A stretch of 62,381 nt of DNA, counting the filler, from Sphacelaria rigidula (taxonomy: Eukaryota): assembly GCA_964200075.2 (NCBI GenBank). It is 7 parts of 7 records of this genome, joined end to end, with 100 filler letters (N's around TTAATTAATTAA, not from the genome) between each part and the next. Parts side by side here need not be neighbours in the genome. Positions count along the whole stretch, not along the records: positions 8,929 to 17,754 come from CAXNAA020010008.1; positions 17,855 to 26,680 come from CAXNAA020010009.1; 5 more parts are not named here. The stretch is one strand, 5' to 3'. The notes beneath the pieces are model-generated. The model worked only from the letters and a program-made list of their open reading frames with translations. It was not told where the DNA came from and ran no database searches. Of this stretch, positions 12,019 through 24,369 are shown piece after piece (the first letter of the stretch is position 1; every line of letters starts with the position of its first letter). Both the position numbers and the translations under genes were made by a program.

Positions 12019-13490
12019 ACTATCTCCACCGATATAATCTTCTGTATGAGGTGGCCATCTTGCTGAGCCCTCTGTGTCAATCCAAGCACCTGAGCGAGAC
12101 AAGCTGCGCTCGTCGTTCCAGAGGTGTCGATTCTGCGGTTACCGGTATTGGGTGCCCCTGCGCCTTCGTCCTGGGAAGCGAGTAACGGTGGGGCGAAATA
12201 CCACAGCACGCGAGGATATCCGGGTGGCTGATATTCATTTCACGATAGTGTAGCAAAATCCGTGCGCTGTACATGGTGGGCACTTCATTGGCGTTCTGTA
12301 GGTTCCCACTAATGCATACGGCAAAATATGTCTCTCAATCGACTACCGATCGAGAGGACAACGGGACCGGCAACGCCGAACTCGAGCGTATTTGGGAACA
12401 CATTGCGCATGTCCGCCACCTCAACTGCGAAACACGACGGTGGGGGTTCGACATGCCACGGCAGGGGTTGAACATTTGTGCCCAGTTCGTCCTCATTTTG
12501 AGGAGCCCTCCTTCAGGTAAGAGGTACGCAGAATATGGGTCAGGGTAATACCCGTTTAATAATCCATTCAAGACATCCCTGGCCTTCTGAGTGCAAAACG
12601 TGGGTGGTCCCATGTTTTATTTGAGTTATTTTTATCGAGGTCAAGGTCTTTCATCAACTCAAACTGCTGCCGAAATATGTTGTGCATCCATATCTGTGTA
12701 GTAGGCAGATTTGCTTCATCTTTGGCCAGAAGGCGTTGCATGATAACCCTGACAATGTGGGCATCTAGCTTCAGGGCGCAGGCATACGCGACAGTGGAGA
12801 ATGCTAAACCCTTGTACGGCAGGATATGCCCGGGCGCTAGGAGATCACTCGCAATATATTTTGCGACGTCGCTTTGCAGTGTCATCACGACCTTCTTCTC
12901 TGTTGCGGTAGGGTTAGGGTCCGGCGGAAACATCCTTGCCTTCCATCCATTCCCCAGTACTTCATCCACATGCGGTGTGGGACGGTCGTGGTGTTGGTGG
13001 AGGTACACTTCTCGAACGAAGGCTGCTGCTCCTTGTATCGTTGCAAAGAGTCCTGGTTTCTGCACAATCCGCGAGGCGTTCGAAGCATGGCGACGGCGTG
13101 TCGATTTTCGATAAATAACAACAAATTGTGCGAATTGAGGTTTAACTTCGAGATGAGGCTCAAGCCCAAAACAGTGCTTTCCCCACACTTTCAGCGATGG
13201 TTTTAACTTCTTTTTGTCTTTTATGCCGCGAACAGAGGCATACGTCGTCGCCAGTTATGTCTTTCCTGCCTTCAATATACACCATGATGATATTCGTGGT
13301 TGCTTTTTTCTTGCCTTGCATAAAATCGGTGGTTCCTGGCTCCTTGGTATCTTTACTTTTTTTTGCCCACGGGCAGACATGTCCTCGCCAAGGTTTCCAT
13401 CTTCCCTCTTGTTGTTTCCCGTAATACCGAGGTGTCATTATGTAGACTACGGGTATGTTCAGTAGGGTATGGGATTCCTTACACAACTTT
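11668..13490 (-). mobile_element. Decayed long coding region, probably of transposon origin (family unassigned)
   Basis: Consecutive frameshifted ORFs (13486-13160, 13188-12568, 12613-12335, 12283-12077, 12209-11883, 12102-11662) with protein-like composition, an N-terminal Cys/His cluster (HVCPW..VCLCSRH) and no splice pattern. Confidence 0.45.
13117..13179 (-). repeat. ~63-bp retroposon-like 3' tail insertion (second copy 26781-26843)
   Basis: AAGCACTGTTTT.GGCTTGA.CCTCATC..GAGTTAAACCTCAATTCGCACAATTTGTTGTT occurs at both sites, each time inside another element's ORF. Confidence 0.8.
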
Positions 13491-13517
13491 CAGAAAGATC
13501 GGGTGCCGGTATGACAC

Positions 13518-13895
13518 ACATGCGGCCATTCGGCCACTCCCTACAATACTCTGTTCCCGTCAACGTTTCGAGCCTCCAGAGGAATCAAACGCCTCCAGAG
13601 GGTGCGCGGCCCTCCGAAGGGGTGGAATCAAACGCCTCCAGAGGCTTGTTTTGCCTCTGGAGGGCCGCACATTCTCCGGAGGAATTTGGACAATGCGCGG
13701 CCCTCCAGATCACCATCTTGTTTGTAACTCTCGAGGAATTCAGACCTCAGAAGTCACTGGAGCATCAGATGCCCTCCAGAGGATTCCTTTATGACCGAAA
13801 CTGAGGATGAAATACCCTCCAGAGCGTATTTTACCCTCGAGAGGATGAAAATCACGGTAGAGGATCTTCATGGGGGTAGCCGAATGGCCGCGTGT
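13518..13895. mobile_element. MITE with ~24-bp TIRs and internal CCTCCAGAG subrepeats
   Basis: Left end ACATGCGGCCATTCGGCCACTCCC; reverse complement of the right end ACACGCGGCCATTCGGCTACCCC; many CCTCCAGAG(G) motifs inside. Confidence 0.75.
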
Positions 13896-16049
13896 CCAGT
13901 GTTACAGCAATTACATAACAATCGGGTATTTGTTTGCGCAGCTTTTAAATAACATGAGAACTCCTCGGTTAGGGTAGGTGAGACTTACACAGCACCATTC
14001 CGGCAACAGGGTATTCATTCAAAGCACTAGGGCAAAGTTACCGCTATAGAGTAGGGGTGGATGCCTCGTCAGAGTATGTCGGGTGTGAACAGGGAGATCC
14101 TTGCCTGCACGCGCAACTAACCCGTCAAAATAATGTATAATAGAATCAAGTGTATTGCGGCGGAGCATCCCAGGCACGCCCCAAGTGGTGTATCCAACTG
14201 TCGCGCTTTTCTGTATTGTTGAAAGTTGGAAGGATAGGATAGATACCTATGAAGGGTGTTCCCGTGTAAAAATCATTCGCTGTGAATTTATCCTGGATTT
14301 TTTCCCGTCGTGGTTAGGTGTGGTGCAATTGGACTGCTGCTGCAAATTGTCACGGTGCACTACACCCTCATGGGCGATTTTCGAAGCTCGACTACTCCAC
14401 AATGAAGAGGGTGCCAACGCCAAACCACATATTTGGGAAAGCTCTCGACGAGATGGTAGCAACCCCGCCCAGTGCAGCCCCGGCATCGTTTCTTGCGAGG
14501 AGTAGATGAGCTTTGTAAATCAGCCTAGGGAATGTGGTATCTTAACCAACCTACAATAGTAAGTGAGGGTGGTAGTGTGCCCCACAGTGTGCCGCTGGGT
14601 CTTGTACGCTGCAGCCATACCAAAACAGCCGTATTGTATCGAATATCGATACTCGATACGTATCGAGTTATTTCCAGAATATCGACAGAGATATCGGTAT
14701 CGCCGGTTGTGGCTCGATATTCTAAAAATATCGTATCGAGCTTTAGTCTCGGTCAGATATGCAACCCTGGTTGAATTCCACTTTTAGCTACTACGGAAAA
14801 TTCCACCCCCATTTATGGGCATTATACCTCCACTACAAGTGTTACTAAAGTGTGCGAGGCAATGGCAAGCATATTCCACTACATGATTCACTACGATGGT
14901 CCCATTTCATTGGCCATAGATTCCGCCACTTGCTCACTGGAGGGCCTCTGATTGATTGAATTCCACATTTTCACTTACAAAACAATATCCCCCTCCCCAT
15001 GTATGGACATTTTGCCTACACGAATACGAACAGCACAGCACGGGGTATAACTACTTGTAGAAATACCTTGCAGTATATCACACCACAACCAGAACTCAGC
15101 CTCTTGATTGCGGAAGTCCAGAAGTGCCGTTTCGATGAGTTTACAGCAACTTCGACGGTGCACATCTCCACGCTGCATTGACGATCAGACATGTAAGCAT
15201 ATCGCACACTCCCACGCTGGCGAACATCGTCGATCTGTACTGGAGTACTGTCTGGATGATGACAGGATACAGATATATCCGCCGAAGTATCGACTGCGTA
15301 GAGGTTCTATATTCTACTTGATGCCACCATACACGCGTTGTCGGAGCGGCGAGGCCCTTGGAACTTTTCACGCGCGCCCTCTTGAAATGGTGAGTCATTT
15401 TTAAACTGATGCCGATTCACAAAACAAAGATCGTCAATGGGTTCCAAAAAGGCTAACCCGTCGACAGCGACGTCCCGGCAAGGGGGCTGAGGTGGACTAC
15501 GCTTCATTTGGCGTTCAAAACAGTTTTTTTCTCCCAGTACAAAACGCCTCTTTTCTCCATCATGTGGATGCCGGGCATCTACGTGGAAAATCAAAATAGA
15601 TTCACAGAACCCCTGGCCGATTTTGCCCGTGCAGTCAACAGCGCACGGAGTCGGTATGAGTGTGGTATGTTCAGCATGCCATCACCCTGTGCTGAATACA
15701 AGTTACTGCATGCTACTGAAGCCTCTGCCTAGTGTTCAACAACACTGCAGACAGTATAAAGCTATGGGGGGGAATAAAGATCCATCGACACCTTTTATTA
15801 TGGCCGAAGTTGCGACATTTGTTTCCAATTTTGAGGGCCCACGTCTTTCGAAATTGAGAACTTTGCGGGTCGTGCTTGCGAAAGAACTGCCTCTACTTGC
15901 GTTCACAGTAGCAATGCAGTACTTTTTAAATATCAATTTGAACTACCTTCATCCTGTACTATACCGTTAAATGGGTTGCCGGTCGAACCGTCATACCGCA
16001 TTTCAACCAGCAGCACTGTGTAACATGTTACAGTGTTGGGCGGGATGCA

Positions 16050-17520
16050 CCCTCTTGGTGCAAGCCGGTCGGGTCAGAGGTCAGATACTTCCAAGGCCAA
16101 CACGGGCAGCTCTGTCCTCACAAGGGATCGGGCTATAGACGTGTCCAAATAAGCCAACGCCACCATAGCTTCACGCAGTAAGCTATACCCACTTGATACA
16201 AAAGACTCTTGTTCACTCGTATTTGGTATCGCTCCCTTCAATGCTCTCTCAGCTGCTCTCCGGCTACAGCGTTGGCTTAACAATCGGCTCCACCCGGGCG
16301 AGTACCGCAAGAGGGCTGGAGGACCCATGCCTGTACCATTTTATCAGTCTCATATCCGCCCTACTCAAGCTCACTCAGACCCGCAACTTACAGAATCCAA
16401 GGTTTGATCATAGACGCCTCCTAGCTTCATGACACTCGCCCATCCAGAGGAACCTCTATTACAGTTGCGATGAGAAATCTCGAAAAGTAACGAAAATCGA
16501 GGTTTTTCTCCACGTCAAGTCATGAGCGACAAGGAAGGCGAACTCAATGCTATAAAAGCACTCGGCCGAAGTGTCTAAAAAAAGAAGGTACACGCCAGAC
16601 GACGAGGGCAACATCCACTCCGTTGCCTGATCCTCCCGCACCTCAAACAAGGTAAGCGAAATCTCTGCTACCGAAAAGCGCAAGTGCGCTTGAAGACGCA
16701 GGAGCACACATTGCTGCTGCGGGCTGGCGAACTAAACAGACGAACACAAAATGCTTTGACATGCTAGCCAAAATAAAGAGGCAAAAGAGAACACATACGA
16801 GGGGCACAACGTAACGTGGGTGGTACCAAGGTCAACCGCCGAAAATCTCATGCGGCGAGCGCATGGTGACTGAGGAAGCAAGGGAGTGAGCAACTCCAAG
16901 ACTGCAAGGGGTCCAGTGCCAGCCATATAAAAAGCCAAAAGCTAGAATACGAAAAGCTCCAGTAGGCGAGGACGAACGTGCTCCACGCAAGTTCCATTCG
17001 TCGTCCGTGGTTGTGCGCCGAAGGAGCTCCGGTTGTAGGCTGTAGAAGAAGTCGATGGGCGGCACCGGTGTGTCCTGGATGTTGGAAACAGGGAGAAATA
17101 TCTAAACGACAGGCAAAGAAAATAAAGGAAGAAACAAAAAATGTCGGGATTGGAACGCAGAAGGTTTGTGGGAGCTCAAAGCGGTGCATCAACATCATGT
17201 GTGCGGTCGATATTACGTTGGATTCCGTGGCGGAGGCCTTTGGATTTGGGTCGCTGAAGACACCAAGACCCTCGTGGTGCGGATGGACTCGGAGCTTGAG
17301 CTGCACGGGTCCGGGATCATCGATGAAGTGCACGATGCATGTGTCAGGCGCGATGAGGTCTGTGGAGTGGGTCTGGCCTAGCCACGAGAGGTTGTCGCTG
17401 CCTTTGTACCAGAGGTAGACGCCTTTAGGGAGGATTTCCTGTTTTGCGCGGATCTTTTCTTTCCAATGCTGGGTGGCAACCAATTCATAGCCATCGGCGA
17501 CAAAGCGCAAACCTTTGCAC
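16050..17520 (-). mobile_element. 3' remnant of the same Ty3/gypsy lineage as scaffold F (post-chromo linker, PWWP-like domain, T-rich 3' region)
   Basis: RFVADGYELV...LPKGVYLWYKGSDNLSWLGQTH...CIVHFIDDPGPVQLKL aligns with RFVVAGYSLL...LPKGTYFWYKALDYLWWLGKIH...YFIRLLGDPSPLKIRL at 51990-52200. Confidence 0.75.
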
Positions 17521-17754
17521 GGTTAGGACAAATCAATATTTATACGAGTTGACTCCCGATGAACGTCCGAGGATAAGTCGTGGATGTTTGGGTCATCCTT
17601 CAAGTCACGGGGGGTATGAAGTTGTGTACTCAAGGTCATGCACGAGTAACGAGCTGGACATCTTTCCTCGACTGGATTGTGTAATGCAATCGAGAGTTGG
17701 AAAGCATATACGGGTCATGGTTCATGTACGCGTGATGACTGATCGAAAACACGT

Positions 17755-17854
17755 NNNNNNNNNNNNNNNNNNNNNNNNNNNNNNNNNNNNNNNNNNNNTT
17801 AATTAATTAANNNNNNNNNNNNNNNNNNNNNNNNNNNNNNNNNNNNNNNNNNNN
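17755..17854. other. Artificial scaffold linker
   Basis: N44-TTAATTAATTAA-N44. Confidence 0.98.
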
Positions 17855-18319
17855 TTTGTTGCTCGCCTTATTCGTGTGACCATTGACCATGCATCCCTTT
17901 CGAGACGGAGCACCGTTCCTACTCCTAATAGAGACGCCTCCAACATTCTGGCGCTCATTACTTTCCTTCTATACGTTACACAAAAACCTTTTACACATCT
18001 TATCCCCGTCCTGTTTCACCGTCTGTGGTGAGGGGGGGGGGGGTATGGGCATCGTTGACTGATATTCTGACGGTGGAATGCGCGTGCGACGCATGTTGTG
18101 AACTATTTCTCTTCTCCGACAGTTTAGTACAGCAGTCGTGAATTGCAAGCCTACGATAGACGCCATGCAACCCATGTGGATAGATCAGTTCCTGTTCATT
18201 CAACCGACAAACCAACCAACACACACTACAATAATAACACCGACATCGTTCGATACTATACGCAGTATGCTTTTTGCCGATGCAATCTGTGTCTGTTGTC
18301 CAGGGTGTGACTTTCACAC

Positions 18320-18688
18320 ACACATATACGTATCGATGTGTGTTTTGCCATCCCATTCCGCCTGGACGCCAGTCCACACCTTTCGTTATATGGGGACGAA
18401 TCAGCCGGCTCACACAGGATGAAGGTCAAAACAGGAGTTTTTACTTCTTTTTTTTCTGTTAGCACACCACCGTCCTTGTGCGGTGCTCGCCTCAATTTTT
18501 CGCTGGAAGTGTCTAGCGTTTTCCTTTCCCTCGTTGACCGTTGAGTCGAATTTCGAGTACTCACGATGTAGTCTTTTTCCATTGGTAGACATGTGAGAAA
18601 AAGTCCCAGGTCGTGTGTCTTCGCCAAGACTCGAACCCACGACCCAACCGTGTCAAGGTTCCGAGGATACCAACGGAGCCAACGGGAC
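18320..18688 (-). mobile_element. tRNA-derived SINE (intronic in myosin gene)
   Basis: Minus strand has A-box-like TGGCTCCGTTGG and B-box GGTTCGAGTC at the 5' end, an A-rich stretch, then GACTGGCGTCCA..ATGGGATG..(AC)n, a tail also seen at ~35720-35770. Confidence 0.65.
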
Positions 18689-18883
18689 GACCAATACATG
18701 ACTCATCTCACATATAGACGAATGCATCTACGTAGCTTGGAAATCCTGCGCGCGCCAGACCTTCATCTACTGTACTCGCCGTACAGTACGCTGAATGCTT
18801 TCGTATTGAAACAGTAAATGGAAAAAAAAAAAACGCCCGACCAAAGCGAAAAACAGGTGCGAAAAAAAAGTAATATCGCTGAC

Positions 18884-19062
18884 CGGCGATTGATCGCGTC
18901 CGAGTTGTCCGTCGGCATGCTGTACAGCAGCGGGATGGTCTTGTAAGGGTTGACGGAGATTAGTACATCTCCGGTGTAGGTATAAATATCGTCGTTCTCG
19001 AAGCGCGTGTGGAGGAGGCTCAGGAGGGCCGCTTCGTGGAGGCTGTTCAGCTTGGCCGCGTC
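18884..19062 (-). CDS. Myosin exon: start of motor domain
   Basis: GCACAG|GAC acceptor and CG|GTCAG donor; IYTYTGDVLISVNPYK motif. Confidence 0.95.
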
Positions 19063-21715
19063 CTGTGCACACGTGACACACACAAACATACACACGTTTT
19101 AATTATTATCGATGTACTGTAGATTTTGGTGGCGAGCAAGTACGACAGGAAAACTCATGGGCAAAACAGAAAAAAAAGCTTTTTTCCACGTGCCTACGAG
19201 GCCCAGGCAAACAAGCAGCTTAAAAATTTTAGAATCCGGTCAAAAGTAAAACCGGGCGTACGAAGAATCGGAAAAGTGCGCTGGAATTCTTGTGAAAAAC
19301 ATCGCCAATCTTTACGAGGAGACCAAATCCGCCAAGACCCGTATTCCGCCAATAATCCGTGATGAAAGGTTCCTCGACCGTTTGTTAATGAAAATGCTAG
19401 TTTGGCCAAGAACAAAACTTTGACCTACGGCAAACGCAAAAGTGCTCTGGAACCGTCTCAGCGAGTAGAGCAAATCATTCCAAGGTGTCAACAGCCGCCT
19501 AGCCCTCTTTCAGGGGGAAAAACGACGGGGAAGGGCCAAAAATGCACTTTTCAACAAGTTTTATTTTTCGATACATGAGAGGTAGCCTCAGAGCACAAAA
19601 AAACACAAAATAATTGACTCTTGGACAGGATTCTTCACCCATGGACACGCCGCAGAAACTGCAGCCAACAGCAGCACTGTGTACGCTAGCGCAAGCACAC
19701 AAACAACGCATATGTACGTCATAATCCATACCTCGAGGTACAGGGAGTGGGAGGGGTCCCAAACCCTCGTGTGCGAGCGCGGCACGTCGAACGATTCATC
19801 GCAAATACCGGGCACGCTCACTGTCGCTGTCTCCTTCGTCAGGCGGTCCAGTCTCGCGAGGCGCCACACGTCCTGCCTGTCGGGGATCCACACCTATCGA
19901 ATCACAAACCCAAGCCCGAGTGGAGGGAAACAAATGAACGGAGACAGGACGCGCATGAGTCTTGATTGATTGATTGATTATCGCACTTCAACTGACCCCC
20001 CAGGGGTTCAGCCGTGGTCTCATGATAGACGTACCCAACAAATACGAAACTGAAACACGCCCTAAAGAAAATAAGTAACAGCAAAAAAAAGTCATGAAAA
20101 AAAGCCAACACACACAAACAGTAACAAGTACGGTACTGGGAAGCTCAACGCAAACAGAGAACGAGACAAGGAGTCAGGCGTCATTTCCGGAACATTCGCG
20201 CATGAACCGTTTTCTTTTTCATCACAGCCCAGAGGGGGAAGTATAAATACGAGCAGAAAAAAACTGCACCACACGCAACAAATTAATGTAAGGCCGAATT
20301 CGGTGGTGCGGTGGCGGTGGCGGCGGCGGGGGGGGGGGGGTAGCCTGAATCCTAGTCATCAGGCTACCCGCCATAGGCAGACTCTTGAAACTGAAGCTGA
20401 TTCACGTCTCTATTATTAGCTAGACGAGATTCATTGCCCAACGGAATGGAAACTGAAAACTCAATTCGCGGAACGAAATCGGTTCCAAACATGCTAGACT
20501 TGCCAAATTGGTACACGTGCATACTTGCGCCAATAAAAAGTAGTCTATGGACCCATGTTGACGGGATCGGAAAAAAGCGACGGAGAAAAAATTGGAATTT
20601 GAAAGCAGCATGTTGATTGCTTGAAGCGACATAATCCCGGCGTCATGTCGCGGCGATCAATCAACATGCTGCCTTCAAATTTCCTTTTTTGGTGCCGTTG
20701 AGATGGGCCGTTAGGATCTGACAACAAAGTAGAGGCAGTACCGCATGTTCAACCATGAGGAAAACCCGACTCTTCAGGAGGCGAGGTGGATTCACACGAA
20801 CTCTTTACCACCATGGTTGAGGCATTCCATATTCAACGTTTACCCTGTCGCCACCCTCAACCACACGCACACTGAGAACTCTCGGGGGAGGGTGTCATAC
20901 CGTATCCTAGACGCCGACTTGAAAAAAGCATGCTGCTCACGACGGGACAGCGCAGGGTTCTCGGCCCTTCGAAAATCTAAATCTGATGGTCTTAAAACTA
21001 AATTCTACTGTAGTACGTCTCAACCACGACGATATATGGACAATTTCGCCGCGTAAACTCTACTCTTTCAAGTTGTATGGTGTGTCCAGGTACTCAATGT
21101 GCCGACATCAACTTCAACACCCCCGGAGCAAAGGTATAGCGGAGTGCAGAGAACAGCACATCAACTATTAGACGAACTGCAACAAATTCAAAGTAAAGGT
21201 ATGAATCCAAAATAGAGTCCACCACGTAATGAGCTAGCTCACTTCAACAGCGCCAAAGTACAGATATGAGTCCAGAAACAGGGTCCATCAAGTATTCAGC
21301 GTTCAAAATGATTAGATATATAGGCCATTTAATCTGGACGTGTAGACAACCTCAGATTTCTCCGCTCGTCTCTGTTCTCATCGGGAGCGGTTACACACCC
21401 CCTCCTCGCTTCTGCCTATTTCGATATCATACGGGCAACCGAACAAATCCCGGCGCTCAACAGCGGATACTCATTTCGGGGGCATGTTGTTTCACATACA
21501 GCTGTCTATACCAAGCCGTTTCCCACTTTACCCATTTTCATCACTCGACGTCACTCAAGCACTTGACCAGTAAACACGACTCAAACTAAGTACCACCGAC
21601 CGCACGGACCACAAAGCCGGCAGGGAGTTGCAAACCACACAAGCACGCACGCAAAAGCCAGTACCGACGCACGGACATAGTGATCGTCTCGAACCTTCTC
21701 GTCGTCTTGGCTCAT
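18884..21715 (-). CDS. Myosin heavy chain, 5' part (N-terminal SH3-like domain and start of motor domain); continues off-scaffold
   Basis: Exons 21715-21695 (MSQDDEK), 19893-19732 (VWIPDRQDVWRLA...WDPSHSLYLE) and 19062-18884 (DAAKLNSLHEAALLSLLHTRFENDDIYTYTGDVLISVNPYKTIPLLYS). The last carries the myosin LHE..LL..L..RF..IYTY.G.VL.SVNPYK motif. Confidence 0.93.
19130..19590. repeat. Dispersed repeat (inverted copy ~41270-41600)
   Basis: GCCCTCTTTCAGGGG.AAAACGACGGGGAAGGGCCAAAAA and CCGTTTGTTAATGAAAATGCTAGTTTGG match reverse-complement segments in scaffold E. Confidence 0.6.
19732..19893 (-). CDS. Myosin exon: N-terminal SH3-like domain
   Basis: GATAG|GTG acceptor and GAG|GTATG donor; VWIPD..VW motif; phase 0 into the motor exon. 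Confidence 0.9.
21695..21715 (-). CDS. Putative first coding segment of myosin (7 codons, MSQDDEK)
   Basis: GACATG AGC CAA GAC GAC GAG AAG|GTTCG splices in frame to VWIPD. Confidence 0.6.
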
Positions 21716-24369
21716 GTCGTCGAGGAATGAAGCGTACTACAACAGTACGCGCAGTTCGTATGCACGAAACGAGAATGACACAAACGGCGTGTACAGGGTG
21801 GTCGGCAGCTCTGGATGATATACCCTGTAGTCGTGAGTTCAAGATTTCATGTCCGAACATTCATGGTTGACCCTCAATATTTTCACCGACGTGGATGATT
21901 CAGCGATTGTGGACGCGAGTTTGAAATTACTAAAGATTCTTCGTCGAAACAAACTTAATTTCTTGAATGGTTCACCAGATTCGGATCTTTAATGGGGAAG
22001 CTGACGTGTATCGAGTGCTCCCAGCAAAGGATTCGGGTTGGGCGACCGTGTCTCATCGAGACCAAAAACAACGACAGGAAAAGGAATAGGCATCCAAAAG
22101 CAGCATCTTGACTGCTTGCCGCGACAACACATCCACCCGGTGATCGATCAACATACTGCTTTTTACCGCTCGTTCCTTTCCCCGCTTCTTCTTTCGGTCT
22201 CGATAAGACACGAGCTCATGGTTGGTGTTTGAAAATACAGGATGCGTCAACCATAAAAATCTGACGAGAAAAACTCGTGCTAACCGGGTCAATTTACCAG
22301 AGCGTGGAGAGGATATGGATACTGCCACCACTATTATATCATCACCATCACCACCACTATCATATCACAACAATCATCACCAACTTCTATACTACTACCA
22401 GTACATATTGTACTACTACCACCATCACAAACTACTACTAACACCACCACTACCACCGCTATACCACCAGTACTAATACTACAACATCAACAATAACATA
22501 ACGGTATGAATAAAACTGCTTGAATGTGCGCAGTTCTCATGAGTGATCAAGAACCTGGGAAGATGAATCTATAGTGTTATACAGAGTGCACGCACGATTG
22601 TGCACCTGCACAACGTTTTCAAAATTTCGCAGTGTTGGAATCATAAATGGAGACCCTCATGGACTTGTTTTTCCGAAAAGTCATCGGTCCATCATCAATG
22701 TGTGACCCAAAAAATATTGTGAGGGTACTTACTCATCAGAGCCACAGCGACACGAAATGAAGAATCATTATAATGGTAACAATGGTAATGGTTACATAAA
22801 AAATTGAATAATGATTCTGAACCATTGTTCACCCTTACCGACTTTAAAAGCCTTTATTGGCCACGTGTAATGCTACATACAGCCCTCGAAAATTGGCGAA
22901 AATCACGTATTTTGTAGCTTCTCGTGAATCCAAATAGCGTAAAAACGTGCCTCCGGCACAGCGCCTCTAGCGGGCCCCCCTCTGCCGGGGGGGGGGTTGG
23001 CTTGCGGCTTCCCCGCTCGGTGACCAAACCATCATAAACCATTGAACCGTTTTACCATTCCACTGGTTGATGGTTAGACAAACAATTTCCGAGCTCCAAT
23101 CTTTGGTTATCTCGGGTATATTCATCTCACGACAGCGGTTGGGTACGTCTAGGATCTGTCAATGTGCGACAATCAACCCATCGATCAATCGAATCCGGGG
23201 CCTCGGGCAATAACTACCGTCAGGCTAAATTTCAACCTACAGGAAGGTTGGTCGTGGTCGCGCCAACGGAAGCATACGATCAGACATTGAAAAAAAAAAG
23301 GGGTATTGAGTAATTGGTGGGGAGGGGGGCGTTTTAAACGGCGCGAACGGATGCGGTTGGATGGTGTTTGGATTGTAGTGTCTGAAATTGGCGAACAAAT
23401 CTCCTCTTTCCCTCCAGCCAACTCAGCAGGATGAGCACGATGGTTGACACACAGAGGGGCAGTGTACTTGAAACCGCCGCGGCCAGCTTGTGCCCCTCTC
23501 ATACTCCTACTGCCAGAGCGGGAGCTTGTGGTGTTGACAGATGAGGCAGCGAGGGTTACCTGGGTCGGTTTTTGCGTCTTGGACATGCAGGGAACGAACT
23601 ACTTCAACAGTCCTGCTCCTGCGATCCTATTGATCAAAATAGAAAACGTGTTACTTAAGTTCAGGCATCCACGGAATCATTGATTGGACCCGCACGGGTC
23701 CACCATCTTTTGGGACCCGAAGGGTTGTGCATGGAGGCGCTATGCGCTGCCTGACCTCCGTGTGCCCGCAGCAACCCTTTCCTTGGTACTGTGTCTCTAG
23801 TATGCCCCCCCCCTGAGCCCGAGGGTTCACAGTCCGCATTTCATTGGGGTTGGGCTCGAGGTTGTGGTTAGGGTTAGTTCGTGGTTGGCTCAGGTTCGGT
23901 TGGTGTGACGATCAGCAGTTTTACAAGGGACCAGTCGTGAACGAGTAACAAGACTTAGAGTTCCAAAAATAGGTGAACCCGTACAGGTCCAATTGGTGAC
24001 TGAGGAGCGCCCAAACAGCGTACTTTACGGCCAGCTACGCCCACACTTTCGTCATCCTCCAAAACCTGACGAGATTGTCAGAGGTCGCGTCGTCAGAAAC
24101 GAGGATCGCGGGCACTCGAAGGCTATATCTCTCACGCCCGAATACGCCAGTAGGCCGGGGGGGGGTTCCCAGTGGGGCTTCCGAATTGCTGTTTCTGGTG
24201 GATACAACGCCTACAGGAGAACCCGATCGTCACGTATTTACCGCGTCATCGATATTTGCGCGACGCCGAAGAGAGCTGCTGCATCGCCGCCCCATCATGT
24301 GAACATAAAAAAAATCAAGAACGAGACAAAGATAGGCTGGGCCGCCCAAGAAACCACCAGGAATGTTGA

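Noticed and set aside
13570-13850. Regularly spaced CCTCCAGAG motifs as a CRISPR or iteron array
   Set aside because: Short, irregularly spaced and enclosed by TIRs; these are MITE subterminal repeats.
1734-21715. PH-PDZ exons as the tail of the myosin gene
   Set aside because: Different scaffolds joined artificially; no evidence of linkage.
22320-22500. His/Tyr/Pro-rich ORF 22222-22476
   Set aside because: Degenerate (ACT/ACC/ATC)n microsatellite translation.
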